Notes: generated by a model not told the origin, from the letters alone. A stretch of DNA of 64,000 nucleotides from an uncultured Gemmatimonadales bacterium (GCA_963695555.1 CAVOGR010000002.1:416001-480000); one strand, 5' to 3'; shown: positions 36,558 through 47,005, numbered from the stretch's first letter. Program-made: numbers and translations.

Positions 36558-37841
36558 ATGCAGTCCAACCGAAGTTTGGTCCGGAACACGCGAGGCGCGA
36601 CGCTTGCTTTGATCGCCGTCTCCATGATCGTAGTGTTGGCGATGGCGGCACTCGCGATCGACCTAGGGATGCTGATCAAGACCCGCGCCGAGGCCCAGCG
36701 CACCGCCGACGCGGCGGCGCTGGCCGGTGCGAGCGCCTTCCTGAGCGGTCCCGCGGTGGCGCATGTGCAGGACGCCATCGGCCGGGCGCTCGAGGTGGCT
36801 GCCAATAACTATGTGGACGCGAACTACGTGGACACCACGGGACAAACGCAGCAGGTGACCGGCGGGAGTACCTGGGCCTACACCAACGAGGCCACTGTCG
36901 AAGTGGTACCAAACGACGTGTTGGTACGGGTCACGATCAGGCGTCCCAACGTCGGGACCTGGTTTGCCGAGGTGCTCGGAATCCAACTCGTACCCGTGCT
37001 GGGCCGGGCCGCGGCGGTGGCGGCCCAGACGGGCGCCGCGCGGTGCGTCAAGCCCTTCGCCGTCCCGGACATCTGGGATGAGAACTCGGCTATGCGGACC
37101 GGAGGCCCCTACTTCGAGACCGGCGATACTGATGGCGATTTGGAGTGGGACTGGAACGAGCACTGGGTGTTCGACGACGCCACCTCGCCCTACAACGGGA
37201 CCGACTACTACGAGCCTTACGACCCCAATGTGGCAAGCGGTACCCAGACCGGTTATGGCAGTCCGTGGCGGAACGGGAACGGCTCCGGAGTCGTCGGCGA
37301 CTACGGTCGCCCACTGGTCATCAAGGCCCAGAGCCCGTCAGGGGCGCTCGGCCCTGGGTTCTTCTATCCGTGGCGGCTGCCGGGTCTCCAAGGGGCCTCC
37401 GACTACTTCGACGCCATCGTGGGCTGCCCAGTACCCGGTGCGGTGTCGGTCGGTACCCCCTACGACGTCGAGACCGGCAACATGGTGGGGCCGACGCATC
37501 AAGCCATCGACAGCCTGATTTCCACGGACCCCAACGCCCAGTGGAACTCCTTGGCGGGGCAGGTCACCGGTTGGGACCAGACGCGGTATGGCACGGATTG
37601 GCGGAACAGCCCCCGGGTCATCAAGGTCGGGCTCATGGACCCGCACGAGGTCATCGATATTCACGACGGCGGGCATACCCAGGTGACCTTCAACAACTTC
37701 GCGCTGCTCTTCCTCGAGGGGTTCCAGGGCAATGGCAACCAGGCGCCGCTCGTCGCGCGCTTCCTCTGGTTCGTGAGCGGCACCGGGAACCCCGGTGGCG
37801 GTCCCGGGTCGCTCGTGAGGACTCTCCAGCTTGTCGAGTAG
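36558..37841 (+). CDS. tadG: TadG-like minor pilin / tip protein
   Basis: RG|ATLAL, ALAIDLG and QRTADAAALAGA; large Gly/Asp/aromatic-rich C-terminal domain. Confidence 0.85.
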   Translation: MQSNRSLVRNTRGATLALIAVSMIVVLAMAALAIDLGMLIKTRAEAQRTADAAALAGASAFLSGPAVAHVQDAIGRALEVAANNYVDANYVDTTGQTQQVTGGSTWAYTNEATVEVVPNDVLVRVTIRRPNVGTWFAEVLGIQLVPVLGRAAAVAAQTGAARCVKPFAVPDIWDENSAMRTGGPYFETGDTDGDLEWDWNEHWVFDDATSPYNGTDYYEPYDPNVASGTQTGYGSPWRNGNGSGVVGDYGRPLVIKAQSPSGALGPGFFYPWRLPGLQGASDYFDAIVGCPVPGAVSVGTPYDVETGNMVGPTHQAIDSLISTDPNAQWNSLAGQVTGWDQTRYGTDWRNSPRVIKVGLMDPHEVIDIHDGGHTQVTFNNFALLFLEGFQGNGNQAPLVARFLWFVSGTGNPGGGPGSLVRTLQLVE

Positions 37842-39129
37842 CGACCCGAGGCCCGGGACCGCCCCGACGCGACCGGTTCCATGCGCGGTCATCTCGACCG
37901 ATGGCGCGTTCCGGAAGATCGTGGAGCAGGCGGTCCGCCATCCCGACGCGGGGACCACGCTCGAGATCGAGTTCGGGGTCCCGTTCGCGGCCTTCGGGAA
38001 CGTCGAACTGAAGGCGCTCAAGGGGGCGTCTCCCGAGGTCGTGATCGTCGACCTGGGGGACGACCCCGCGCTCGGCATCAAGCTGGCCCATTTTCTTGCA
38101 GGGGCATCCTCCCCTTCCTATAGAATTATCGCGTCGGGGCCAACACTCGAGGCCGAGCTCTTGCTCGAGCTCATGCGCGGAGGCATCACCGAGTTTCTGC
38201 CCAAGCCGGTGACGCCCGAGGAAGTGCGCGAGGCGGTGCGCCGGATCAAGTCGAGCACGGTCTCGACCGGCCCGGGACCGGCCACGACTCTCGGGGAGAT
38301 CTACGCCTTTTTTGGTTCCAAGGGAGGCTCGGGGGCCACTACCCTCGCCACCAACCTCGCGATCGTGCTGCACCGGCTCACCAAGAAGACGACGCTCCTG
38401 GTGGATCTCGACATGGAGCTGGGCGAGGCGTCGCTCTTGCTAGGCATTCAGCCGCGGTTCAACTTCGTCGACCTGATTCAGAATTTCCACCGGGTGGACG
38501 CCGGGCTCCTGGCCTCCTACATCGAGCGCCACGAATCGGGAGTGCACCTGCTGTCGGCGCCATTCCATCCCGATCGAGCTCAAGTCGTGAGCGCCGACCA
38601 AATCCGCCGAATCTTGCAGTATCTCAAACAACACTACGAGTACATCGTCATCGATGTCTCGAAGTCCTTTACGCCGGTCACGATGGCCGCCTTCGAGCAA
38701 GCGGATCAGATCTTTCTTACGACGACGGTTGATCTTCCGTCGCTGCGCAACGTGCAGCGGGCCCTCCCCATGCTGCAACGGGTGACCCGGGGAGATAAGG
38801 AGCGGATCCGCCTCCTGCTCAATCGATTTGAGAAAGGCGGCGAGGTGAGCACTCGTGAGGTGGAGCGCTCCGTCGGGATCCCGGTCTACGCGACCCTCAG
38901 CAACGACTACGAAGCAGTGATGCGATCCCTCAACACGGGGAAACCCGTGGTGCTGAACGGCAACTCGCCATACTCCCAGGACCTGACCAAGCTGGGCACG
39001 CGCATCACCGGCGTCCAGAACCAGAAGACGCCAACGGGGGCATTCCAGCGCTTCACCAGTGGCTTGGCTCGGGTCGTGCCCGGTCGGCGCCGAGAATCCA
39101 AGCCACCCAAGGGGAAGTCGGATGAGTGA
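37831..39129 (+). CDS. cpaE: CpaE/TadZ (receiver-like domain plus MinD/ParA-type ATPase)
   Basis: Receiver-like N-terminus; deviant Walker A KGGSGATT and LVDLD. Confidence 0.9.
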   Translation: MSSSDPRPGTAPTRPVPCAVISTDGAFRKIVEQAVRHPDAGTTLEIEFGVPFAAFGNVELKALKGASPEVVIVDLGDDPALGIKLAHFLAGASSPSYRIIASGPTLEAELLLELMRGGITEFLPKPVTPEEVREAVRRIKSSTVSTGPGPATTLGEIYAFFGSKGGSGATTLATNLAIVLHRLTKKTTLLVDLDMELGEASLLLGIQPRFNFVDLIQNFHRVDAGLLASYIERHESGVHLLSAPFHPDRAQVVSADQIRRILQYLKQHYEYIVIDVSKSFTPVTMAAFEQADQIFLTTTVDLPSLRNVQRALPMLQRVTRGDKERIRLLLNRFEKGGEVSTREVERSVGIPVYATLSNDYEAVMRSLNTGKPVVLNGNSPYSQDLTKLGTRITGVQNQKTPTGAFQRFTSGLARVVPGRRRESKPPKGKSDE

Positions 39130-40678
39130 CTCGACCAAGGACCGAGGACGGGAACGGCTGCCGTGGGAAGCACCGGACGCCGACCCGCCGCCCGCCAAAG
39201 CGGACCCCGCGGCACGCGGTGGCCCGAAGGGCCCGCCCCCGTCCCCGCCGGCCGGCCGGGAGCAGTCGTGGGCCGGCGATGGCAAGGGCGATGCGTTGCC
39301 CTGGGAGTCTCCCAGCGCGCCTGGCTCAGGGTCTGCTCCGTCGTCCACGGAGCCGGCAGCCCAGCAGTGGGGCACCGACATGCACGACATCCAGCAGGTC
39401 AAAGGCCGGATCCACCGGCGCCTGCTGGAGCGTCTCAACCTGTCGAATCTCGACAAACTGGAACGCGACCAGGTGGTGGCCGCGATCCGCAAGGTGGTGC
39501 ACGAGTTGCTCACCCAAGAGTCGGTTCCTCTCAATTACGAGGAGCGCGAGCTTTTGGTGGGCCAGGTATTGGACGAGATCTTCGGCCTGGGACCGCTCGA
39601 GCCGCTGATGAAGGACCACAACGTGTCCGACATCTTGGTAAACACCTTCAAGAGTGTCTATGTCGAGCGTCATGGCCTGATCGAGCGCACCGACGTCCGC
39701 TTCCAGGATGATCGCCACTTGCTCCAGATCATCGACCGGATCGTCTCGGCGGTGGGTCGGCGCATCGATGATTCCTCGCCCATGGTGGACGCTCGGCTGC
39801 CCGACGGGTCGCGGGTCAACGCGATCATCAAGCCGCTGGCGCTCGACGGTCCTCATCTGTCGATCCGTAAATTCAAGCGCGATGCGCTGACCGGCGAGGA
39901 CCTGCTCCGCACCGAGACATTGACCGAGCCGATGCTCGCGCTCCTCAGCGGGATCGTCAAGTCTCGGCTCAACGTCTTGATCTCGGGGGGCACCGGGGCC
40001 GGGAAGACCACGCTGCTCAACATCCTGTCCGGGTTCATCCCGGTCACCGAGCGCATCGTCACCATCGAGGACTCGGCCGAACTGCAGCTGCGCCAGCCCC
40101 ATGTGGTCCGGCTGGAGACTCGTGCGCCGAACATTGAAGGCAGTGGCGCCGTGTCGCAGCGGCTCCTGCTCATCAACGCACTCCGGATGCGCCCCGACCG
40201 GATCATCGTAGGGGAGGTGCGGGGAGAAGAAGCGATCGACATGCTCCAGGCCATGAATACCGGGCACGACGGCTCGCTCACTACGCTCCACGCCAACACC
40301 CCACGCGACGCGCTGAGCCGGTTGGAAACCATGATATCGATGGCACGACTGGATCTCCCGGAGCGGGCCATGCGCCAGCAAACGGCGAGCGCCATTCAGG
40401 TGGTGATCCAGGTGGCCCGGTTATCGGACGGCACCCGCAAGGTGATTCAAATATCCGAGATCGTGGGTATTGAGGGAGAAGTCATCACCATGCAGGACAT
40501 CTTCACGTATCAGCGACATGGTCTCGGCGAAGGCGGCAAGGTAACAGGCGAGTTTCGTGCGACGGGAATCCGCCCCCGCTTTGCGGACCGGATGAAGGCG
40601 TACGGGATCGATCTGCCCGCCGTGCTGTTCGACAACATCCTGGGTGAGGAGCCGTCCCGGAAAGGACGGCGGGCGTAG
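39122..40678 (+). CDS. cpaF: Tad pilus ATPase CpaF/TadA
   Basis: [37 protein letters not shown] and AMNTGHDG. Confidence 0.97.
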   Translation: MSDSTKDRGRERLPWEAPDADPPPAKADPAARGGPKGPPPSPPAGREQSWAGDGKGDALPWESPSAPGSGSAPSSTEPAAQQWGTDMHDIQQVKGRIHRRLLERLNLSNLDKLERDQVVAAIRKVVHELLTQESVPLNYEERELLVGQVLDEIFGLGPLEPLMKDHNVSDILVNTFKSVYVERHGLIERTDVRFQDDRHLLQIIDRIVSAVGRRIDDSSPMVDARLPDGSRVNAIIKPLALDGPHLSIRKFKRDALTGEDLLRTETLTEPMLALLSGIVKSRLNVLISGGTGAGKTTLLNILSGFIPVTERIVTIEDSAELQLRQPHVVRLETRAPNIEGSGAVSQRLLLINALRMRPDRIIVGEVRGEEAIDMLQAMNTGHDGSLTTLHANTPRDALSRLETMISMARLDLPERAMRQQTASAIQVVIQVARLSDGTRKVIQISEIVGIEGEVITMQDIFTYQRHGLGEGGKVTGEFRATGIRPRFADRMKAYGIDLPAVLFDNILGEEPSRKGRRA

Positions 40679-41652
40679 TGCCCACCAGTTCGTGGCTGTC
40701 GGCCGGGATGGTCTTCCTGGCAGTGGCGCTGGGCACGGTGGCCATCGCGCTCTTGTTGGAGTTCTCGCGCGAGCGGCTTCGGGGCCGGAAGATGGTCGGC
40801 CAGCTTCGGAGGCTCGCCCAGGAAGGACCAGATGAAGCTTCGGACGCCTTGATCCGCAGGCCGGGCTTCCAGCAGAAACTGTTCGATCCTATTCTCGCGC
40901 ACCTTCCCCATGCGGCCGACATCGCCTTGCTCATGCAGCAGGGTGGCCTTCAGTGGACCCTACAGACCTACGCCGTTGTGACGCTTGGGCTGGCTCTGAG
41001 CTTCGGCCTGGCCGCCGCGCTCATCTTCCGGCTCTGGCTGGCGGGCCTGGCCGCCGCGCTCTTTGCCGCGTCCATCCCGTATGTGGTCATCAAGCGGAAG
41101 GCGGCCAAGCGAATGGGTCAGTTCGAGGCCCAGCTGCCGGGTGCCATCGATTTGATCGGACGCGCTATCCGGGCTGGCCACCCGCTGTCGGCAGGCCTCA
41201 AGATGGTGGCCGACGAAACCACCGACCCCATCGCCGGCGAGTTCCGGCGAGTCTTCGAAGAGCAGCGGTTCGGGCTGGCCTTCGAGGACACCCTGCTCTC
41301 CCTGGCGGATCGCGTGCCGCTGGTCGACGTACGAATCCTGAATACCGCCATTCTCATCCAGCGCGAGGTCGGAGGAAACCTGGCCGAAGTGTTGGATAAC
41401 ATGGCCCAGATGATCCGCCAGCGGTTCAAGCTCCGGCGCCAGTTGCGGGTGATCACGGCCCAAGGCCGGATCAGCGGCTACGTCCTCGCCGTGCTGCCCA
41501 TCGCGCTCGGGGTCGTCATCTTTCTGCTCAATCCGTCGTACATGTCCACGCTCTTCCAAGCCGGGATCGGCCGCATCCTCGTGGCTGGTGCCATCGTCTT
41601 GCAGATCTTGGGGTATTTCTGGATCCGCAAGATCGTGGATATCGACTTCTAG
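40678..41652 (+). CDS. tadB: TadB inner-membrane platform protein (T2SSF family)
   Basis: QLPGAID, RAGH, IQREVGGNLAE and TAQGR. Confidence 0.93.
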   Translation: MPTSSWLSAGMVFLAVALGTVAIALLLEFSRERLRGRKMVGQLRRLAQEGPDEASDALIRRPGFQQKLFDPILAHLPHAADIALLMQQGGLQWTLQTYAVVTLGLALSFGLAAALIFRLWLAGLAAALFAASIPYVVIKRKAAKRMGQFEAQLPGAIDLIGRAIRAGHPLSAGLKMVADETTDPIAGEFRRVFEEQRFGLAFEDTLLSLADRVPLVDVRILNTAILIQREVGGNLAEVLDNMAQMIRQRFKLRRQLRVITAQGRISGYVLAVLPIALGVVIFLLNPSYMSTLFQAGIGRILVAGAIVLQILGYFWIRKIVDIDF

Positions 41653-41659
41653 AGGCGCC

Positions 41660-42586
41660 GTGATCTACCTCATCGCTCTCCTCGTCCTCTGCGCAACCGC
41701 CTTCGTGGTGATGCTGGTGCTGCAGCTGATGCCGAGCGATTCAGCCGTCATCCGCCGCCTGGGCGACATGCAGCGGGTCGAGGGCTATCAGACGGTGATC
41801 GTCCGGCGTCGTCGGCAAGAGCGGGCGGAGCGGCTCCAGGCCATCCTCGAGGGATTGGGCTCACGGGGTGTTGGCGGGGATGCGGTCACAGGCCTTCGAC
41901 TCAGACTACTCAACGCCGGATTCGTTGATCTCAACGCGCCCTACATCTTCCAAGGCGCCCGCATCGTTCTCGCACTCGGCCTCGGGTTCCTGATGGTCAG
42001 CGTGGCGCCGATTCTCGGGACGCCGTTCGCCGGGGTCGTGCTCGTTGGCGTCTGGGGCTTGCTGATGGGATGGGTGATACCCGGATTCTACATCGGTCGC
42101 CGCGTGGCCAACCGCAAGTTCCAGATCCAACGATCCTTGCCCGACGCCCTCGACCTGTTGGTGGTGTGCGTCGAGGCCGGGTTGGCCCTGAACCAGGCCC
42201 TGCTCCGCGTGTCCGAGGAGATTGCCAACATCAGCCCCGTCCTCGGCGAGCAACTCGCCATGGTGAACCTCGAGATTCGGGCGGGGTCGGCTCGGGAGGA
42301 GGCCCTCCAGAATTTGGCCACGCGCACCGGGGTCGAGGACATCCAATCCTTCGTCACCATGTTGATCCAGACGGACCGATTCGGCACCTCCATCGCCGAC
42401 GCACTCCGGGTCCACTCCGAAGATCTGAGGACCAAGCGACGCCAGCTGGCCGAAGAGGCATCTGCCAAGACGGCGATCAAGATGCTGTTCCCGCTGGTGT
42501 TCTGCATCTTCCCCGCCATGTTCGTGGTCATCCTCGGCGCGGCCATCATTCAGATCGTCCAAGCGCTCTCGGCCTTCGGATCATGA
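41660..42586 (+). CDS. tadC: TadC inner-membrane platform protein (T2SSF family)
   Basis: LPDALDLLVVCVEAG, QTDRFGTSI, AEE and KMLFPL. Confidence 0.93.
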   Translation: MIYLIALLVLCATAFVVMLVLQLMPSDSAVIRRLGDMQRVEGYQTVIVRRRRQERAERLQAILEGLGSRGVGGDAVTGLRLRLLNAGFVDLNAPYIFQGARIVLALGLGFLMVSVAPILGTPFAGVVLVGVWGLLMGWVIPGFYIGRRVANRKFQIQRSLPDALDLLVVCVEAGLALNQALLRVSEEIANISPVLGEQLAMVNLEIRAGSAREEALQNLATRTGVEDIQSFVTMLIQTDRFGTSIADALRVHSEDLRTKRRQLAEEASAKTAIKMLFPLVFCIFPAMFVVILGAAIIQIVQALSAFGS

Positions 42587-42990
42587 CGCACGTCCGGGTC
42601 CGGAATGAGACCAGCGGAGTCGAGCTCGGTTGGCGGATCGGACTGGCCGATTCATGGTGGCCACGTTTGCGTGGCCTGCTTGGTAGACCAGCACCGGAAG
42701 AAGGTGCAGGATTACTTCTCGTGCCGTGCCGGTCGGTCCATATGATCGGTATGAAATTCCCGCTCGATGTTGCGTTCCTGGATGACCGTGGCGAGGTGAT
42801 TGCCGTCTACCACGAACTCCAGCCCGGGAGCCGGACCCGGTGGCACAAAGAGGCCCGCTACGCGCTCGAGTTGGCCGCGGGAACCCTGGTGGCAACACAT
42901 ACGGCGGTGGGACACACGCTCGAGTGGGGGCCGCCAGAGGCGCGGCCGGCTCGCCCACCCTCGAGAATCGAGGAGGAGGTCGCCTCATGA
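42583..42990 (+). CDS. DUF192 family protein
   Basis: RLRGLLGR, PCRSVHMIGMKFPLDVAFLD and ALELAAG; ATGA overlap with tadC. Confidence 0.88.
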   Translation: MTHVRVRNETSGVELGWRIGLADSWWPRLRGLLGRPAPEEGAGLLLVPCRSVHMIGMKFPLDVAFLDDRGEVIAVYHELQPGSRTRWHKEARYALELAAGTLVATHTAVGHTLEWGPPEARPARPPSRIEEEVAS

Positions 42991-44348
42991 ACCCGGCCGA
43001 CGCCACTGCCGCCATGGCCCACACCGCACCACCCGCTACACCATCGGCCCCACCGATACCACAGACGCTCGCGGACACCGGGCTCTCGGAGGAATTCCTC
43101 ACGGAGCTCATCCTGAAGACACTCTATGTCCAAGGTGCCCGAACGGGCCAACAGCTGACGGACGCCATCTGCCTCCCCTTCCCACTGGCCGATGACCTCC
43201 TGATGACCATGCAGCAGCGGATGATGGTCGAGGTGCAGGGTACCAAAGGACATGGCCGGGCCGGCTACGTCTTCGATCTGGGTGGTGAGGGCCGCGACCG
43301 GGCGCGGGAGGCCATGGCATCCAATCAGTATGTCGGCCCCGCCCCGGTACCACTCGCGCAGTATCGCCGGTGGGTCGACATCCAGTCGATCAGGCATGCC
43401 CGGGTCAACAAAGAGGTCCTCCACCAGGCCTTCAGCTGGCTCGTGCTCGACCCCGAGATGGTCGATATGGTCGGTCCGGCCGTCAACTCGGCCAAGTCGC
43501 TGTTCCTTTTTGGGGAATCGGGCAATGGCAAGACCGCGATTGCCGAGACCATCGCCCGAATGCTCGGCGGAGAGATCTTCGTCCCGCACGCCGTGGAAAT
43601 TGACGGGCAGGTGATGCTCTTGCTCGACCCGATCTATCACCGTGCGGCCAGCCCGGCCGAGCGCGCGGCGGACCAGCCTGGGATTGAGTTGCTGTGGCGC
43701 AGTGACGCTGCCGAGTTCGACGCCCGATTCGTCAAAGTCCGCCGACCCGTGGTGCTCACCGGTGGTGAGCTGACGTTGGAACAGCTCGACCTGCAGTATG
43801 ACGAACATACCAAGTTTTATCAGGCGCCGTTCCAAACGAAGGCGACCGGCGGGGTCTTGATCGTGGATGATTTCGGCCGGCAACGCGTACCGCCGCGCGA
43901 TCTCCTAAATCGCTGGATTGTCCCGTTGGAGAAGAACGTCGACTTCCTAACGCTTCACACCGGCGGCAAATTCCCTGTTCCATTCGATTGTCTCCTGATC
44001 TTCGCGACCAACCTCGATCCTCAATCGCTGGTCGAAGAGGCCTTCCTCCGGCGAATCCACTACAAGGTCGAGGTCGAGAGCCCAACGCCTCGCCAGTATC
44101 AGCAGATCTTCCGGCGCTGTTGCGAGGCCAAAGGCATTCCGTTCAAACCCGAGGCAATCGAATACCTGTACCATGAGTACTATGGAAAGCTCTCGATTGA
44201 GCCCCGCGGGTGTCACCCGCGTGATCTGGTGGACCACCTGAGCGACATTGCGCGCTACCTCGAGGTCGAAGCCACCCTCTCCACCGAGTTGGTCGATTAC
44301 GCGAGTCGATCGTACTTCCTTGCCGATTTCCCGACCGCCAGCACGTAG
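42987..44348 (+). CDS. AAA+ family ATPase of unknown function, Tad-associated
   Basis: Walker A GESGNGKT, Walker B VLIVDDFGRQ, sensor ATN and AFLRR; strong GAGGAGG RBS; ATGA overlap with the DUF192 gene. Confidence 0.85.
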   Translation: MNPADATAAMAHTAPPATPSAPPIPQTLADTGLSEEFLTELILKTLYVQGARTGQQLTDAICLPFPLADDLLMTMQQRMMVEVQGTKGHGRAGYVFDLGGEGRDRAREAMASNQYVGPAPVPLAQYRRWVDIQSIRHARVNKEVLHQAFSWLVLDPEMVDMVGPAVNSAKSLFLFGESGNGKTAIAETIARMLGGEIFVPHAVEIDGQVMLLLDPIYHRAASPAERAADQPGIELLWRSDAAEFDARFVKVRRPVVLTGGELTLEQLDLQYDEHTKFYQAPFQTKATGGVLIVDDFGRQRVPPRDLLNRWIVPLEKNVDFLTLHTGGKFPVPFDCLLIFATNLDPQSLVEEAFLRRIHYKVEVESPTPRQYQQIFRRCCEAKGIPFKPEAIEYLYHEYYGKLSIEPRGCHPRDLVDHLSDIARYLEVEATLSTELVDYASRSYFLADFPTAST

Positions 44349-44390
44349 CACCGCTCGCGGGCCCGTAGGACGCTGAACCGAGGGGGCGCC

Positions 44391-45032
44391 ATGTCCCATC
44401 CACAAGAGCCAGCATCATCTCCGACTGAGGAATCCGGCGTGCGGGCGATGATGCACCGCGTGGCCGAGATTGAGCGAGATGCAAGCCGAGCCAAACGCCT
44501 CAGCCTCACGAGCTTGGTCACCGTCGGCATCATTCTCGGCTTGGCCGCTGCACTGGTGTACATCAGTGCGAAACGTGGGATGCCGGGAACGGTCAACAGC
44601 GTGGTTGAATCGCGGCAGTATCTGCTGCGTGACGCCGAGGGGCGGGTGCGTGGCATTTGGGGTACAGCCGAAGATGGAACGGTCCGCCTGGTACTTCGAG
44701 ACCAGAACGGGCGCTCGATGCTGAAGATCAACCTGCTCGCGGATGGGTCTTCCGCCGTCACCTTCGCCGATACGACGGAGCGGGCGCGAATCGTGCTCGG
44801 CCTGCTCGAGGACGAGACGTCGACCTTGGTGTTGGCCGACGGCACTGGGAGAGCCCGCGCCGTCCTCGGCCTCAGCGCCGATGGCTCCTCGACGCTGGTG
44901 TTCGCGGATACGCTCGGCGTCAGTCGGTCCGGCCTGGGCATCGACGCCGAGGGTGGCCCTACTGCCACCTTCCCCACCACCTCGGTGATCTTTCCCGAGG
45001 AGGACGCCGACTCGGCCGACGAATCCCCGTAG
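44391..45032 (+). CDS. single-TM hypothetical protein with about five ~23-aa beta-rich repeats
   Basis: One TM helix, then repeats such as STLVLADGTGRARAVLGLSADGS; GAGGGGG RBS. Confidence 0.75.
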   Translation: MSHPQEPASSPTEESGVRAMMHRVAEIERDASRAKRLSLTSLVTVGIILGLAAALVYISAKRGMPGTVNSVVESRQYLLRDAEGRVRGIWGTAEDGTVRLVLRDQNGRSMLKINLLADGSSAVTFADTTERARIVLGLLEDETSTLVLADGTGRARAVLGLSADGSSTLVFADTLGVSRSGLGIDAEGGPTATFPTTSVIFPEEDADSADESP

Positions 45033-45112
45033 CCTGAGACGCCACCGCCTTCCTTCAGAGCCCCCCGCCTGAGTAGCTAGCCACGGGGGGCTTGTCGTAG
45101 ATTCACTGCTTC

Positions 45113-46990
45113 ATGAATGCGCGCTACGATGTGATCGTGATCGGCGGTGGGCACGCCGGGAGCGAGGCAGCCACGCTGGCGGCCCGCGCGGGTGCCCACA
45201 CGCTGCTCCTGACCCAGAATCTCGAGACCATCGGACAGATGTCGTGCAATCCGGCTATCGGCGGGATTGCCAAAGGCACCGTCGCGCGCGAGGTAGATGC
45301 GTTTGGCGGGATTATGGGCCGGGCCACCGATCTCGCCCGGATCCAGTTCCGGATGCTGAATCGCTCGAAGGGCCCGGCGGTATGGTCTCCGCGGGCCCAG
45401 TGCGACCGGGGACTCTACCGCCGGGCGGTGCGCAGCCTGCTCGAGCGCCAGACTGGACTGGACGTGGTGCAAGGCACCGTATCGGAACTGCAAGTCACCG
45501 GCGGACGCGTCAGCGGGGTGACCACGGCGGATGGTCGTCGGTTCGAGACCAAGGCGATTGTTGTGACCGCCGGCACCTTCCTCCGTGGCCGGATTCACAT
45601 GGGCCTCGGCGCGCAGATTCCCGCCGGGCGGGCCGGCGAAAGCCCCACGATCGAGCTTGCACAAGTACTTGAAAACAATGGACTTACAGTAGAACGCTTC
45701 AAGACGGGCACGCCGCCACGAATTGATGGACGGAGCGTGGACCTGGCGCGCATTGAGCGCCAGGACGGGGAGCCTGGGCCCTATTGGTTTTCCTTCTTCG
45801 AGCGTGGTGTGCATCCGCGTCAGCTGCCCTGCTACATCACGTGGGCCGGCGGCGAGGTCAAGGAGATCATCAGCGAACACATCGGCGAGTCAGCGCTCTA
45901 TGGCGGAGCGATTAGCGGCCGCGGCCCGCGGTATTGCCCGTCGATCGAGGACAAGGTGGTCAAGTTTCCCACCGCCGAACGTCACCAGGTCTTCCTCGAG
46001 CCGGAGGGCCTGGACACGTCCGAGATGTACGTCAACGGACTCTCGACGTCGCTGCCACCGGCAGTCCAGCTGGCCTTCCTCCGAGCGGTGCCTGGGCTCG
46101 AAGGCGTAAAGATGACCAGGCCGGGCTATGCCATCGAGTACGACTATTTCCCGCCCACCCAACTATCCCAGACGCTCGAAGTGAAACAGCTGCCGGGGCT
46201 GTTCCTGGCCGGTCAGGTGAACGGGACCACGGGATACGAGGAGGCCGCTGGCCAGGGCGTCATTGCGGGCCTCAACGCTGCCCACTCGGCGCTGGGCCGG
46301 GAAGAGGTGGTCCTTCGGCGTAACCAGGCCATGATCGGGGTCTTGGTGGACGACCTCGTTCAGCGGGGAGTAGACGAACCATACCGGCTATTCACCAGCC
46401 GGGCCGAGTATCGCCTGCTACTGCGACAGGACAATGCGCTGCGCCGCCTTGGGGTCTTGGCCACAGAACTCGGCCTGCTCTCGGATGCTGAGCGACGCAC
46501 CATGGAGGCGCGACTCGAGTTGGAAGAGCAGGTCGAGGAATCGGCGCGCACGGCCACGCTCGAACCTGAACTGGCCAACCCGATACTCGCCCGAGCGGAA
46601 TCGGCCTTGGTCAGCGAGTCTGTCCGGCTGGCCGACCTGGCCAAGCGACCCGGTATTTCACTCCACGACTTGATGGAGGCTGCGGGGTTCGATTTCTCTC
46701 AGGAAGAGGTGGAGTGGGCCGCCATCGAGCTGCGCTATGCCGGCTACATTGCGCGGGAACAGGCAGCAGCTGAGCGGCTCGCCCAAATGGACCACTTCGA
46801 GTTGCCAGACGGGATCGCGTACCGCCCGCTGGCAAGCCTCTCCTTCGAGGCTCGGGAGAAGCTCGAAGTGGTACGCCCGAGGACGCTGGGCCAGGCAAGC
46901 CGTATCCCGGGCGTTTCGCCGAGCGATCTCCAGGGCCTGGTCGTGGAAGTCCTTCGCTGGCGGAAGCGGACCGCGCCGGCCACAGACTGA
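45113..46990 (+). CDS. mnmG: tRNA uridine-5-carboxymethylaminomethyl(34) synthesis enzyme MnmG (GidA)
   Basis: GGGHAG, MSCNPAIGG, RFKTGTPPR, GPRYCPSIEDK and AGQVNGTTGYEEAA. Confidence 0.98.
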   Translation: MNARYDVIVIGGGHAGSEAATLAARAGAHTLLLTQNLETIGQMSCNPAIGGIAKGTVAREVDAFGGIMGRATDLARIQFRMLNRSKGPAVWSPRAQCDRGLYRRAVRSLLERQTGLDVVQGTVSELQVTGGRVSGVTTADGRRFETKAIVVTAGTFLRGRIHMGLGAQIPAGRAGESPTIELAQVLENNGLTVERFKTGTPPRIDGRSVDLARIERQDGEPGPYWFSFFERGVHPRQLPCYITWAGGEVKEIISEHIGESALYGGAISGRGPRYCPSIEDKVVKFPTAERHQVFLEPEGLDTSEMYVNGLSTSLPPAVQLAFLRAVPGLEGVKMTRPGYAIEYDYFPPTQLSQTLEVKQLPGLFLAGQVNGTTGYEEAAGQGVIAGLNAAHSALGREEVVLRRNQAMIGVLVDDLVQRGVDEPYRLFTSRAEYRLLLRQDNALRRLGVLATELGLLSDAERRTMEARLELEEQVEESARTATLEPELANPILARAESALVSESVRLADLAKRPGISLHDLMEAAGFDFSQEEVEWAAIELRYAGYIAREQAAAERLAQMDHFELPDGIAYRPLASLSFEAREKLEVVRPRTLGQASRIPGVSPSDLQGLVVEVLRWRKRTAPATD

Positions 46991-47005
46991 CGCCTCCTGG
47001 TGGAG

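Noticed and set aside
45059..45092. AGCCCCCCG...CGGGGGGCT inverted repeat before mnmG
   Set aside because: The loop is long and there is no clear U-tract. It may be a weak terminator, but support is insufficient to call.
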